Below, piece by piece: positions 10,548-23,430 of a stretch of 64,000 nt of DNA. The number at the start of each line of letters is the position of its first letter. The first letter of the stretch is position 1. The DNA lies in NCBI RefSeq assembly GCF_036321535.1, contig NC_087472.1, forward strand, positions 93,250,001 to 93,314,000. The letters run 5' to 3'. This DNA is from Camelus dromedarius (Eukaryota). The position numbers were made by a program, and so were the translations under genes. The notes beneath the pieces were generated by a model. The model worked only from the letters and a program-made list of their open reading frames with translations. It was not told the origin of the DNA and did no database searches.

Positions 10548-13500
10548 CTTTTTAATTGAGGTATAATTGACATATGACATTATATTAGTTTCAGGCATAC
10601 AACATAATGATTTGGTATTTGTATATATTGTGTAAATGATCACCACAATAAGTCTAGTTAACATCTGTCACCATACATAATTACAATTTTTTCTTGTGAT
10701 GAGAATATTTAAGATTTACTTAGCAACTTTCAAATATGTGATATAGTACTATTAACTGTAGTAGCCATGTAGTACATTACATCCCCATGAACTATTTTAT
10801 TTTATAATTGCAAGTTTATACCTTTTGACTCTTTTCACCCATTTTACCCAACCCACCTCAAAACTCCACCTCTGGGAACCATCAGTCTATTCTCTGTATC
10901 TATGAGATTGGTTTATTATTTTTTCTTGATTACACATATAAATGATATAGAGTATTTGTCTTTCTTGATCTGAGTTACTTCACTTAGCATAATGCCCTCA
11001 AGGTCTATCCATGTTGTTGCAAATGGCAAGATTTCCCCTTTTGTGGCTAAAAACAATATTCCACTCTCAATATAAACTACAATTTCTTCGTTGCTTTGTA
11101 TATCAGTGGACACTAGGCTATCTCCATGTCTTGGCTATTGTAAATACTGCTGATATGAACATGAACTGCTGATATCTCTTCCAAATAGTGATTTTATTTC
11201 CTTTGGGTTTATATCCAAAGTGGAATTGTTGTATCATACGGTAGTTCTAATTCTTTGAGGAACCTCCATACTGTTTGCCACAGTGGCTGTACTAATTTAC
11301 ATTACCACTTCTCAGAGAGTGCACAAGGGTTGCCTTTTCTCCACATCCTCACCTACACATGTAATTTCTTGTCTTTTTGATACTAGCCATTTGAACAGGT
11401 GTGAGGTAATATTCCATTGTGGTTTTGATTTGTATGTGCCTGATTAGTGATGTTGAGTATCTTCTCATGTACCTCTTGGCCACTTACATGTCTTCTTTGG
11501 AAAACTATCTATCCAGATTATCCACCCATTTTTCAATTGGATTGGACTGTTGTTTTTCTATTGAGTTGCATGAATTCTTTACGTATTTTGGATATTAACC
11601 TGTATCAAATGTATGATTTGAAAATATCTTCTCCTATTTGGTAGGTTTCCTTTTCATTTTGTTGGTTTCCTTTGCTGTGTAAAAGGTTTTTTATATTGAC
11701 GTTGTCCCACTTGTTTTTGCTTTTCTTGCCTTTGCTTTTGGTTTCAAATTCAAAAAATCATTGCCAAGACTGATACCAAGGAACTTATTACCTATGTTTT
11801 CTTCTAGGCATTTTATGTTTTCAGGTCTTCCATTCAAGTCTTTAATCAATTTTGAGTTAATTTTTGTGCATGACATAAGACAGTGGTCTAGTTTCATTCT
11901 TTTGCATGTGGCTGCCCAGTTTTCCCAACACCATTTATTGAAGAGACTTCCTTTCCTCATTGTATATTCTTGGCTCTTTTGTAATAAATTAATTGACCAT
12001 ATCTGTATGGGTTTCATTCTGGGCTCTCTAATCTGTTCCACTGATCAATGTATGTTTTTAGTCAAATATCATATTGCTCTGACTACAATAGCTTTGCAAT
12101 TTAGTTTGAAATCAGGGCTCATGATGGCTCCAGCTTTGTTCTTCATTCTCAGTACTGTTTTGGCTATTCAGGGCCTTTTGTGGTTCCATACAATTTTAGG
12201 AATTATTCTATTTCTGTGAAAAATGCCGTTGGAATTTTGATAAAGATTGTGTTGATTTGTAGATTGCTTTGAGTAGTATGGACATTTTAACAATATTTAT
12301 TCTTCCAATCCATGAGGATGGACTATCTTTCCATTTATTTGTGTCTTCTTGATTTTCTTTCATTAGTGTCTTATAGTTTTCAGTGTACAAGTCTTTCACC
12401 TCCTTGGTTAAGTTTATTCCTAGGTGTTTTATTGTTTTTGTTGCAATTGGAAATGATTGTTTTCTTAATGTATCTTTTTCATACTTTGTATTTAGTGTAC
12501 AGAAATGCAACAGATTTACGCATATTGATTTTGTGTCTTGCAACTTTACCGAATTTGTTTATTCTAATGTTTTGGGTTTTTTTTTTTTTTTTTTGGTGGA
12601 GTCTTTGGAGTTTTCTATGTATAATGTTATCTGCTAATAGTGAGAATTTTACTACTTCCTTTCCAATTTGGATGCCTTTTATTGCTTTCTCTTGCCTTAC
12701 TGCTCTGGCTAGGACTTCCAGAACTGTGTTGAATAAAAGTGGCCAGAGTGGGCATCCTTGTCTTTTTCCTGCTCTTAAAGACAAGGCTTTCAGCTTTTCC
12801 TCTCTGAGTATGATATTAGCTGTGGGCTTGCAATATATGGCCTTCATTATACTGAGGTAGTTCCCTCTATACCCACTTTGGGGTATAACACATTGATTTG
12901 TGGATTTTGAACCATCCTTCCAACCCTGGGGTCAATCCCACTGCATCATGGTGTATAACTCTTTTAATATCTTGGTGAATTTGGTTCCCTATTGTTTTAT
13001 TCAGGATTTTTGCATCTTTGTTCATCACGGATATTGGGCTGTAATTTTCCTTGTGGCATCCTTATCTGGTTCTATTAACAGGGCAATGCTGGCCTCCTAA
13101 AATGAGTTTGAAAGTGTTCCCTCCTCTTCTACTTCTTATTAGAATTTGAGAATGATTGGTATTAATTCTTCTTTGAATGTTTGGTAGAATTCACCAGTTG
13201 AGCCATTGGTTCTGGAGTTTTGTTTTTGGAGGTATTTTATTACTAATCCAATCTCCTTACTATTAATCAGCCTGCTCTGATTTTTCTATTTATTCATAAT
13301 TCAGTCTTGGTAGGCTGTATGTTGCTAGAAATTTACCCATTTCATCTAGGTTTCCCAATGTAGTGACAATTGTTTGTAGTAGTTTCTTTTGATAATGTAT
13401 TTCTGTGGTATCGGTTGTAACTTTTCTTTAATTTCTGATTTTGTTTGATTCCTCTTTTTTCTTGGTGAGTCTAACTGAAGATTTCTCAGTTTTGTTTGTC

Positions 13501-15563
13501 TTTACAGAGAACCAGGTCTTAGTTTCATTGATCTTCTCTATTGTCTTTTTAGTGTCTGTCATTTATTCCTTCTCTAATCTTTGTTACTTCTTTCCTTCTA
13601 CTAATTTGGAGATTCATTTGTTTTTTTCCTAGTTCCTTGAGGTTTTGAATTAGGTTTGAGATTTTTATTTCATGAGGTAAGCATGTACCACTATCGGCTC
13701 CCCTCTTGGAACTGCTTTTGTTGCATCCCATAAATTTTGGTATGTTGCATCTCCATTTTCATTTGTCTCAAGGTATTTTTAAATTTTCCTTTGGATTTCC
13801 TCTTTGACCTACGGTTGATCAGTAGCATGTTGCTTAATCTTCAAATATTAGTAAGTTTTCCAGTTTTCTTCATGTAATTTTCTACTCTCATATCATTGAG
13901 GTCAGATAATATGCTTGATATAATTTGATCCTCTTAAATTAAGACTTGTTTTATGGCATAACATATGATCTATCCTGAAAATGTTCCATGTGCACCTGAG
14001 AAGAATATATATTCTGTCACTTTTGAATGGAATGTTCTGTATATTATCTGTTAAATCTATCTGGTCTAACATGTCTTTTCAGGCATATGCTTTCTTATTG
14101 GCTTTCTGTCTAGGTGCCTATCCATTGATGTAAGTGATGGGTATTAAAGTCCTCTAGTATTACTGTATTGCTATCTGTTTCTCCCTTTAGGTTTGTTAAT
14201 ATTTGCTCTGTGTATTTAGGTGCTCATATATTGGGTGCATAAATATTTACAATTTTTTTGGTCCTCTTATCGGATTGACCCCTTTATCATTATGTAATGG
14301 CCTTCTTTGCCTCTAATTACAGTCTTTGTTGTAAAGTCCATTTCATCTGAAATAAGTATAACTACTGCAGTTTACTTTTGGTTTCCATTTGTATGGAATA
14401 TTTTTTCCCATTCCTTCACTTTCAGTCTGTGTGTGTGCTTATAATCTAAGGTGAGTCTCTTGTGGGTAGCATATAAATGGGTCTTTTTTTTTTTTTCAAA
14501 TCATTCATCCACTCTGTGTCTTTTGATTGAAGAATCTAATCCATTATGTTTAAAGTAATTACTGATAGGTAAGAACTTGCTATTGCAATTTTGTTAATTG
14601 TTTTCTGGCTGTTTTTGTAGTTCCTGTCTTCTTATTTTGCTCTTTGTGGCCTGGTGACTTTCTTTAGTGGTATTCTTAAGATTCTATTCTTATCTTTTTG
14701 CATCTACTATAGGTCTTTGCTTTGTGGTTACCAGCACACTTACTTATAACAACTTGTATTTGTAACAATATATTTTCAGTTGATAACAACATAAGTTTGA
14801 ATACACTCTAAAGATCTACATTTTGACTCTCCCTCACAGTTTTTGATGTCACATTTTATATGTTTTTATCTTGGGTATCCCTTAACTAATTACTGCAGTT
14901 AATAGTTATATTTACTACTTTTGTCTTTTAAATTTCTTACTAGCTTTATACATGATTAATCTACTACTTTTACTATAGATTTACCTTTACCAGTGAGATT
15001 TATTCTTTCAGATATTTTCTTGTTACTAATTAGTGCCCTTTCTTTTCAGGTTAGAGAAGTCCCTTTAACATTTCTTGTAAGGTCAGTGCAGTGGTGGGAA
15101 ACTCCTTTAGCTTTTGCTTGTCTGTAAAACTCTTTGTCCCTTCTTTAATTCTAATTGGTAACTTTGCTAGATAGAGTATTCTTGGTTGGACGATTTTTTT
15201 CTTTCTGCACTCTGAATATATCATGCCACTCTCTTCTATAAGGCCTGCAAAGTGTCTGGTGAAGCCTGCTGATAGTCTTATGGAGGTTCCCTTGTAGGTA
15301 AAAAGTTGTTTTTCTCTTGCTATTTTTAAGATTCTCTTCTTGTCTTTAAATTTTGACATTATTAATTACAATGTATCTTGATGTGGATCTCTCTGGATTC
15401 ATCTTACATTCATCTTATTTGGAATGCTCAAGCTTTCCTGGGTCTGGATGTCTGTTTCTTTCCCCAGGTTAGGGAAGTTTTCAGCCATTATTTCTTCAAA
15501 TTAATTCTGATCCTTTCTATTTGTATCCTCCTTTTGGGACTCCTATAATATGAATGTTAGTCC
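10548..15563 (-). mobile_element. L1 (L1MA9-like), ~5 kb from ORF1 C-terminal half through ORF2 to 3'UTR, decayed
   Basis: ORF1 remnant 15051..15359 (RILKIAREKQLFTYKGTSIRLSA...QEMLKGLL); ORF2 remnants 12479..12847, 12208..12543, 11691..12041; 3' end at 10548. Confidence 0.95.
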
Positions 15564-15764
15564 TTTTTTTTTAATTTTTCATTTTATTAGGGAGAATTGT
15601 TACAATTTGACTGCATATATACAATATATTGCATGTAAATAAATATATACAATATACTGCATGTATTTTTTAAACTTAAATATATGTACTATTCATTGTT
15701 TCTAAGAATGTTGAGAGCTTTAGCTGTTTAAACTTAACTTAGTTATCAAAGGAAAAAAGCCAAT

Positions 15765-15952
15765 CACAAAATATTAATTCAAAAAGATACATACACCCCA
15801 CTATTAACAGCATCATTATTTATAATTGCAAAGATAAGGAAGCATCCTAAGTGTACATCAATAGTTGAATAGATAATGGAGATGCAGTTATATATATATA
15901 TATATAATGGAATACAACTCACCCATAAAAAAGAAGGATATTTTGCCATTTG
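15765..15952 (+). mobile_element. L1 ORF2 C-terminal fragment
   Basis: 'attcaaaaagatacatacacccca...aatggaatacaactcacccataaaaaagaagg...ttgccatttg'. Confidence 0.85.
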
Positions 15953-16019
15953 TGGCCCTTCATTCACTTTTTTTTTTCACTTCAAAAACCACAATTTTAT
16001 AACTGGCATAAACATTTCC

Positions 16020-16310
16020 ATTTCATCAAAAACAACAAAATACCTAGAAATAAACTTAACCAAGGAGGTTACCTATACTCTGAAAACTGTAAAACTTTGA
16101 TGAAGGAAATTGAGGATGATACAAAGAAATGGAAAGATATTTTGTGTTCTTGGATTGGAAGAATCAACATTATCAAAATGGCCATACTACCCAAAGCAAC
16201 CTACAGATCCAATGTAATCCCTGTCAAAATACTCACATTTTTCACAGAACTAGAACAATCTCAAAATTTATATTGAACCATAAAAGACCCCGAACTGCCA
16301 AAGCAATCTT
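16020..16310 (+). mobile_element. L1 ORF2 fragment (post-RT region)
   Basis: ORF 15950..16276 reads [41 protein letters not shown]. Confidence 0.9.
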
Positions 16311-18321
16311 TTGTAGATCTTTTTTTTTTCTCTTTGTTCTTTTTTCTTATGGCTTGATGATTAGAGAAGGTCCTTTAACATTTGTTGTAAAGGTGGTTTG
16401 GTGGTGCTGAATTCTTTTAGCTTTTGTTTATCTGTGAAGCTTTTGATTTCTCCATCAAATCTGAATGAGAGCCTTGTTGGATAGAGTATTCTTGGTTGCA
16501 AGGTTTTCCCTTGCATCATTTTAAATATATCTTGCCATCTCTTCTGGCCTGTAGGGTTTCTACTGAAAAATCAGCTGATAACCTTATGGGAGTTCCCTTG
16601 TATGTTTTTTGCTTCTTTTCTCCTGATGATTTTAATATTTTCTCCTTATCCTTAATTTTTGTCAGTTTTATTCTTATGTGCCTCACTGTGTCCCTCTTTG
16701 GGTTGATCCTGTGTAGAACTCTGTGCTTCCTGGACTTGGGTGACTGTTTCCTTTCCCAAGTTGGGGAAGTTTTCAATTATTAGCCCTCCAAAAAGTGTTC
16801 TCAGGTCCTTTCTTCTCTTTCTGGGACCCCTGTTAATGCAAATATCAGTGCACTTCATGTCCCAGAGTTCTCTTCAGCTATCCTCATTTCTTTTCTTTCT
16901 TTTTTTTCCCCTGTTCTGCAGTAGAGATATCCACTAATCTGTCTTCTACCTCACTGATCCATTCTTCTCCCTCATTTAGTCTATTCCTGGTTCCTTCTAG
17001 TGTGTTACTCATTTCAGTGATTTTATTCTTCAACTCTGTTTGGGTATTCTTTATATTTTCCAACTCTTTGCTAAAAACTTTGCTCTGTGCATCTATACTC
17101 CTCTTGAGTTCTCTGAACATCTTCGCCATCATTACTTCAAAGTTTTTCTCAGATAAATTGCCTGTCTCCTCATTACTTATTTCTTCTGGGATTTTATCTT
17201 GTGCCTTGACCTGGAGGATATTCCTCTGCCGTCTCATATTGTCTATCTTTCTATTTGTATTTTTAGGTAGGTTAGTTACTTTCTGGACTTTGGAGAAGTG
17301 GCCCTCTGTGGGAGATGTCCTATGTGTCCTAGCAGTACACTTCTCTCTTGTCACTCAAGGGCCAGGGTCCAGCTGGTCCCAGTGTAGGGTCTGGCCTGTG
17401 TTTGTGGATCCCCTCCACAAGCTTTGGGGTTGTTGTTTTCTTATATCTGGTATTTGCCCCCTGGTAGATGATGCTCAACTAGAGGTTTATGCAGGTTTCC
17501 TGTAAGAAGGAATTGGTGCCTGCCCACTGCTGGGTGAAGCTTGGTCCTGGACCTCTGGTGGGTAGGGCTGTGTCTGGAAGCCTTTATGGCTCAGGAGGTC
17601 TGCTGATGGGAGTGGCTGTGTTCCCACCCTGTGTGTTGTTCGGCCTGAGGCTTCCCTACAGGCTGTTGGGTGGGGCTAGGTTTTGGTGCTAATGATCCAA
17701 TCAAGATGTCAGCCTCCAGGAAAGCTCATGTAGATGAACACTCCCGGAATGTCCGCCACCAGCTTCTATGTCCCCTGGGTGAGCTGCAGCTGTTCCCTAA
17801 CTTCCCAAGAGAACTTCCAAAACCCTCAGGCAGGTCTGGCCTAGGTTGCTATGCAATCACTGTCTCTGCCCCTGGACCTGGTGCACAAGATCCTCTGCAT
17901 GCTTCCCAAGAGAGTTACGTCTCTGTCTCTCCCAGTCCTGGGGGGCTGCGGAAGTTAAGCCCCACTGGCCTTCAAAACCAGATGTCCTGGGGTCTCCTCC
18001 TCCCAATGCTGGAACCCTGATCTGGGGAGCCTGACGTGGGGCTCAGAACTTACACTCCTATGGGAGGGCCTCTGCGACTTAATTGTTCTTCAGCTTGTAG
18101 GTTGTCCACCCAGGGTGTATGGGCCTGACTATATCGTGAGCGTACCCCTCCTACCTTCCTTTTATGGTTCTGTCTCAATGTTTCCAGTTGAAGCAGATCT
18201 TTTCTGCTAGGCTCCAGTCTTTTTTCTTGATGGCTGTTCAGAAGTTGATTGTGGTTTCGTTGTAGTTGCAAGGAGAGGTGAGTTCATGGTCCTACTACTC
18301 CACCATCTTGAGTCAATCTCC
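16311..18321 (-). mobile_element. L1 5' portion: 5'UTR plus frameshifted ORF1
   Basis: ORF1 coiled coil 16884..17354 (MRRQRNILQVKAQDK...RLNEGEEWISEVEDRL) and 16516..16776 (RHIRIKLTKIKDKEKILK...PIRLSADFSVETLQARR); GC-richer 5'UTR at ~17340-18321. Confidence 0.93.
18300..18309 (-). promoter_or_regulatory. YY1-like motif at the L1 5' end (AAGATGGTGG)
   Basis: One mismatch (CpG decay) to the AAGATGGCGG motif typical near mammalian L1 5' ends, about 12 nt inside the element start. Confidence 0.55.
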
Positions 18322-18429
18322 TTTAAAAATCACTTTTGAAGAGAACAAAGAACCTGAAAAAGAAGTCAAATTCATGTTTATTAACGTTTTCCAGTTTTCT
18401 ATACAAATAACATATCTATTTATATCTAT

Positions 18430-20342
18430 ATATATCTCACTGTATAAGTTTAAGGTGTAAGGCATGATGGTTTGATTCACATATATTGTGAAATGATTAC
18501 AATAGGTTAGTTAATACCTATCATCTCATATAGCTACCAAAAAAGAAAAAAAAATCTTGTGATAAGAACTCTGAAGATCTACTCTCTGAACAACTTTCTT
18601 TTATATTGTACAGCATTGCTAACTATAGTCATCATGTTGTATATTTACATCCTTAGTACTTATTTATCTTATAGCTGGAAGTTTGTACCCATTGACCTTC
18701 AACCCTCCCTCCTCCACCCTGTTCTTCCGGTAACCACAAATCTCATCTGTTCTATGATTTTGGTGGGGTTTTTGGTTCTTTGCTTTAGATTCTACAGATA
18801 AGTGAGATCATACAGTATTTGTCTTTCTCTGACTTATTTCACTTAGCATAATGCCTTCAAGGTCCATCCATATTGCCACAAATGGTATGACTGCCTCACT
18901 TTTTTATAGCTGAATAATATTCTACTGTATATATATGTATACATATATACACATAATATTCCACTGTATATATGTATACATATATATACACTTATTTTAT
19001 ATATATAGAACAACTCCTTTATCCATTCATCCATTGATGGACATTTAGCATTATTTACAACAGCCAAGACATGGATACAACCTGTTATGAGCATGGGGAT
19101 ATAGATATGATTTCAATATAGTGGTTTTGTTTCCTTTCAATATATTCCAGAAATGGACTTGCTGGATCATGTGGTAGTTCTATTTTTTAAGGAACCACCA
19201 TACTGTTTTCCACAGTGACTGTACTACTGTATAATTCCATCAACAGTGCATAAGGGTTTTCTTTTCACCACATCAATGCCAGCATTTGCTATCTCATCTT
19301 TTTAACAGCTATTCTAACCAGTGGGAGGTGATATCTTACAGTTTTTGATGTGCATTTCCCTAATGAGTAGTGATCTCAAGCATCTTTTCATGTATCTGTT
19401 GGCAGTTTGAAGATCTTTTTTGGAAAAATGTATATTTGGGTGCTTAGCCCATTTTTAAATTAGATTATTTGTTTTTTGCTATTGAGTTGTATGAATTTTC
19501 ATATATTTTGGATATTAACCCCTTATCAGATATGGTTTGCACAGATTTTTTTTTCCCTTTCTGTAGGCTGTCTTGTCATTTTGTCAATGGTTTCTCTTGC
19601 TGTGCAGAAGCTTTTTAGTTTGATGTAGTCCCACTTACTTTATATAGTTCATTGCTTGTGCTTTAGATGTGAGTTCCAAAAAAATCATTACTGAGACCCA
19701 TCAAGGAGCTTTTTTTCCTATGTTTTCTCCCAGCAGTCTTGGGGTTTTAGGTCTTAAATTTAGGTCTTTAATCCATTTTGAGTTAATTTTTTGAGTGGTA
19801 TAAAACAGGGACCTAATTTCATTCTTTTGCAAGTAGATATCCAGTTTTTCCAATGCCATTTATTGAAGAGGCTTTCCTTTTCCCATTGAGTATTCTTGTC
19901 TTCCTTGTCATGCATTTGGGGCTCTGGATTTTGTTCCATTGGTCTACGTGTCTGTTTTTATTACTACAGTTTTATAATACAGTATTAAGTAGTGTAATGC
20001 CTCACACTGTGTTTTTCCTTCTCAAGATTTATTTGGCTGTTTGTAGTTTTTGTCTTTTGTGGTTCCACAGAAATTTTAGGATTTCTTTATTTTTGTGAAA
20101 AACTCCACTGGAATTTTGATATTGATTACATTAAGTCTACAGATTGTTTTTGGCAGCATGAACATTTTAACAATATTAGTTCTTCTAATCCATGAACACA
20201 AGATAGGTTTCCACTTATTTCTGTCTTCTTCAATTTCTTCCCTGAATGTTTTATAGTTTTCAGTGTACAGATCTTTCACCTCCTTGGTTAAACTTTATTC
20301 CTGAGTGTTTTATTCTTTTTGATGCTATTGTAAATGGGATTA
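18430..20342 (-). mobile_element. 5'-truncated L1 (L1MA-like), ~1.9 kb
   Basis: ORF 20076..20279 MKDLYTENYKTFREEIEEDRNKWKPILCSW; antisense 3'UTR at left. Confidence 0.92.
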
Positions 20343-20344
20343 TA

Positions 20345-22620
20345 GATTTTGATATGACTCTTTGATATGGCAAGTGGACAAAAAAGTAATATTAAATATC
20401 TGGAAAAGTGATAACAATTAGATTGACCTATTGAACAGACACAGAATTCTTCATCCAACAATACAAGAAAGCATACTCTTTTTTAGAACCCATAGAATAT
20501 ATTCTAGACTGGTGATTTATTATGTGAAAAGAAAGGCTCAGCAAATTTCAAAATTTAGTCATCATAGTCTCTGTGGATTTTGATCTCAATATAATTTAGG
20601 AGTTAATAACAAAATGACATGAAATCCTCCAACCCTGGAAATTTAACATAATGCTAAATAATCATAAAATCATAATGGAAATTTTAAATAATACAAAGTG
20701 GCAATGAAAATACTACATAGCAAAACTATATAAGACAGTGAAAAGTGCTATAGTGAGGGAAATTTAAAGACTTCAGAACTCATAAAATACAGGCTCAAAG
20801 CTAATGAGGTACATGTCTAAATTAAGAAGGTACAAGAGGAACAGCAGAATATCTTCAAAGACAGAAGGAAGCAGTTTTTTATAGTAAGATAATAATTAAA
20901 TGAAATAGTAAAAGAAACAGTAGAGAAATCAGTTTTTAAAACCTAAGTTTCTTAAAAAAAAAAAAAACTAACACAATTGATTCAGAGAAGAGAGGAGACA
21001 CAAAGAAACAGTATTCTGATTAAAAAGGAGACATAGTTAAGGCTAGTGTGGAAATTAAAGTGATAATATGAGAAATCTTCCCACTGCAGTATGTCAACAA
21101 TTATGAAAATGTGGACAAACTAGAAAAATTCTTACAAATTATTACTTTTATAATAAATAAATCAAAAAGTTAATATTTCAGGAAAAGCTTCACCAAAATT
21201 CAAATTCATGTCAATCTTAAGCAAAATCTTTTAAGAGTAAAAGAGTAATACTCTACCTAATTTTACAAAACCAAGATATCTTTGGTTTTGCCTTCAAGGT
21301 TATTAAAAGTTTTTTCACTCCTTCAAAATCCTAAAAAATATATTAACAAATCAATTCCATCAGTTCATAAAAATAGATACATACTGTGTGTTCAACCAGG
21401 TTTTAGCTCAGATTTTATAATGATGATTTAATTCTGGACAACCAATTTATTGATGGATTGGAAATGAAAAAAATCACCATTTAAATAGATACAGAAGCTA
21501 TATACCTGATAAAAACAATATAAAATTTTAAAAGCTCTTAGTAAATTAGAAATAGAAAGTGATTTTTATAACTTAATAAAGAATATCTATTAAAAAACTA
21601 GACAACAATTACATTAAGTGGGCCAATTTTAGAAACAAGACAAGGGTGCTCACTATTACCACTTCAATTCAATACTGTGCCATAGGTTGTAGTCAGCAAA
21701 ACAGAGCAGTCAACAGAGATGAGTGACAAAAGTCTTAGAGAGGAAGAAATAAAACTGCCATTATTTAGAAATGATATAATCATTTATGGAAATACACCAG
21801 AAAGTCTTCAGACAACTTAGATATAATAGGTAAGTTTAGCAATTTGATTCATTTCTGTAGATTAATCTTATATCTATCAATCACATTGCATATATAAAAA
21901 GCAAGGAACTCAAGAATGTATTTTAAGAACTGTATATTAAAAAATATGTGCTGCTTACACTAGGATCAAACAATATCACACATCTAAGATTAAGAGATGT
22001 GTAAAACTACAGGAAATAATTATACAATTATTAAGTAAGATTCAGTGAGATCTAAAAAATGGAGACATATTCATGGATAGGAAAACAATATTATTTTTTT
22101 AAAAAGAGTTGTTCTTTAGTTTGATCTCTAGATTCAAGGGAATTCCCACCACATCCCAATAGCAATTTCAAATAAATTGTTTCAGAAATTTTCATAGAAT
22201 AACGTGATTATAATTTTTTATAGAAAAAGACATTTCTGAAAAAGAGAAGAGGCTTGTTCTAACATATCATTAGCTATTATAAACCTATATTAATTAAGCA
22301 TATTACTGGCATGGTGATAGCCATGCTCACCAGTGGAGTCAAACAGTAAGTACAGAAACCAAACATACCTGTATGGTGTATTGCAGAAGTCTTGTGCTAG
22401 ATCAGATTAGAAAGGAGTGACAATTCATTAGGTGGACCTAAAAAAAAAAATTTATCCACATGTGATAAAAAATAAAACTGCATTTCTACCATACACTATT
22501 AAACAAGTCAACTCCACAGAGATGAAGGACTTAAATGTCCAAAATAAACTTAAAGCCGTCAGTATAATATAGAGGTAACAATCTATTTGACCTTGGGAAA
22601 GAAAAGGACTTCTTTGCAAA
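20345..22620 (+). mobile_element. Ancient, highly decayed L1 ORF2 (L1ME/L1M-type), probably resuming at ~28130
   Basis: Degenerate EN-to-RT motifs in order, e.g. 'agaaacaagacaagggtgctcactattaccacttcaattcaatactgtgc'. Confidence 0.7.
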
Positions 22621-22689
22621 CATTACAGCTACCCCAAACAGCAAAAGTAAGATTTTTAGTCAAGGTAAACTAGGCTTTAAATGATACAC

Positions 22690-22961
22690 TATATGTCCAT
22701 TGTAGCAAAAGAGCTGTGCTTAAGATTCAGGGACCCAGGCTGACCAAAGCTTCATCTTAATTATAAGGGCAGGGAAAAGAAAACAAGTTTAATTTAATTT
22801 CATGCTGCCTCTTAAATATTCTGCCTGAAGTGAAGTGTCACTTCTGCTCCTAGTTGACTTAAATAAGCCACATGATAATGAGTAAATTCACCAGGATAGA
22901 GGTATATAATCCTTTAACTTGAAAGACATCAAATATTTGTGAAAATAATGTAGTTTTCTAC
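22690..22961. mobile_element. MLT1 (MLT1K/L-like) LTR
   Basis: 'cagggacccaggctgacc...ctcttaaatattctgcctgaagtg...cacttctgctc...ctaca'. Confidence 0.65.
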
Positions 22962-23079
22962 AAACCCTAACTATATACTAACTATATATTTGACTATATT
23001 AAATTTAGGATATCTTATTAAAATTATGCAAGAGTAAAACAATTATAAGGGATTGTTGTAACACATATTAAAACATAAG

Positions 23080-23430
23080 CCTCATCAAAGAGCATGGAAC
23101 CAGTACATCTTTACATAGATTAATGGAAAAAATAATCCAGAAATATAAGAGTAACATAACCCCAGGTAGCAAAGAGCACAGTTAATATCCAGATCTTGAT
23201 TTCTAAATACCATTCTTCATGAAATGGAAGCAGATATTTTTGGAGAAATGGCTAATTATAGGTCTTGGGCAGGGAAGTGTAAGGAAAGCCTCAAATTTCT
23301 TTCTAGCCAAAAAGCAAAGAAATGCTCAAAGTCTAATGGACTAATGTCAAAAGACAGAGATGGTGATTTGGATGAGCTTCTATTAAAATAATTTGGACAA
23401 TTTGAAAATTGAAAGGTATACTGAACTAAT
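23080..23430 (+). mobile_element. L1MC4-like 3'UTR, left piece
   Basis: 'ccagatcttgatttctaaataccattct...ggagaaatggctaattataggtcttgggcaggga...aaagaaatgctcaaa'. Confidence 0.7.

Noticed and set aside
12312..12860. Longest ORF (182 aa, +), hydrophobic and membrane-protein-like
   Set aside because: Antisense shadow of L1 ORF2; the T-rich strand yields F/L/I-rich ORFs. The same applies to 11761..12219 and 17002..17505.
10548..18321. One full-length, potentially active L1
   Set aside because: The ORF1 C-terminus occurs twice (~15050-15560 and ~16370-16860), so these are separate elements, and all ORFs are disrupted.
15980..18340. Possible TSD ttcaaaaaccacaatttt / tttaaaaatcactttt around the inverted L1 block
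   Set aside because: Several mismatches in low-complexity sequence and no poly(T) adjoining the left copy.
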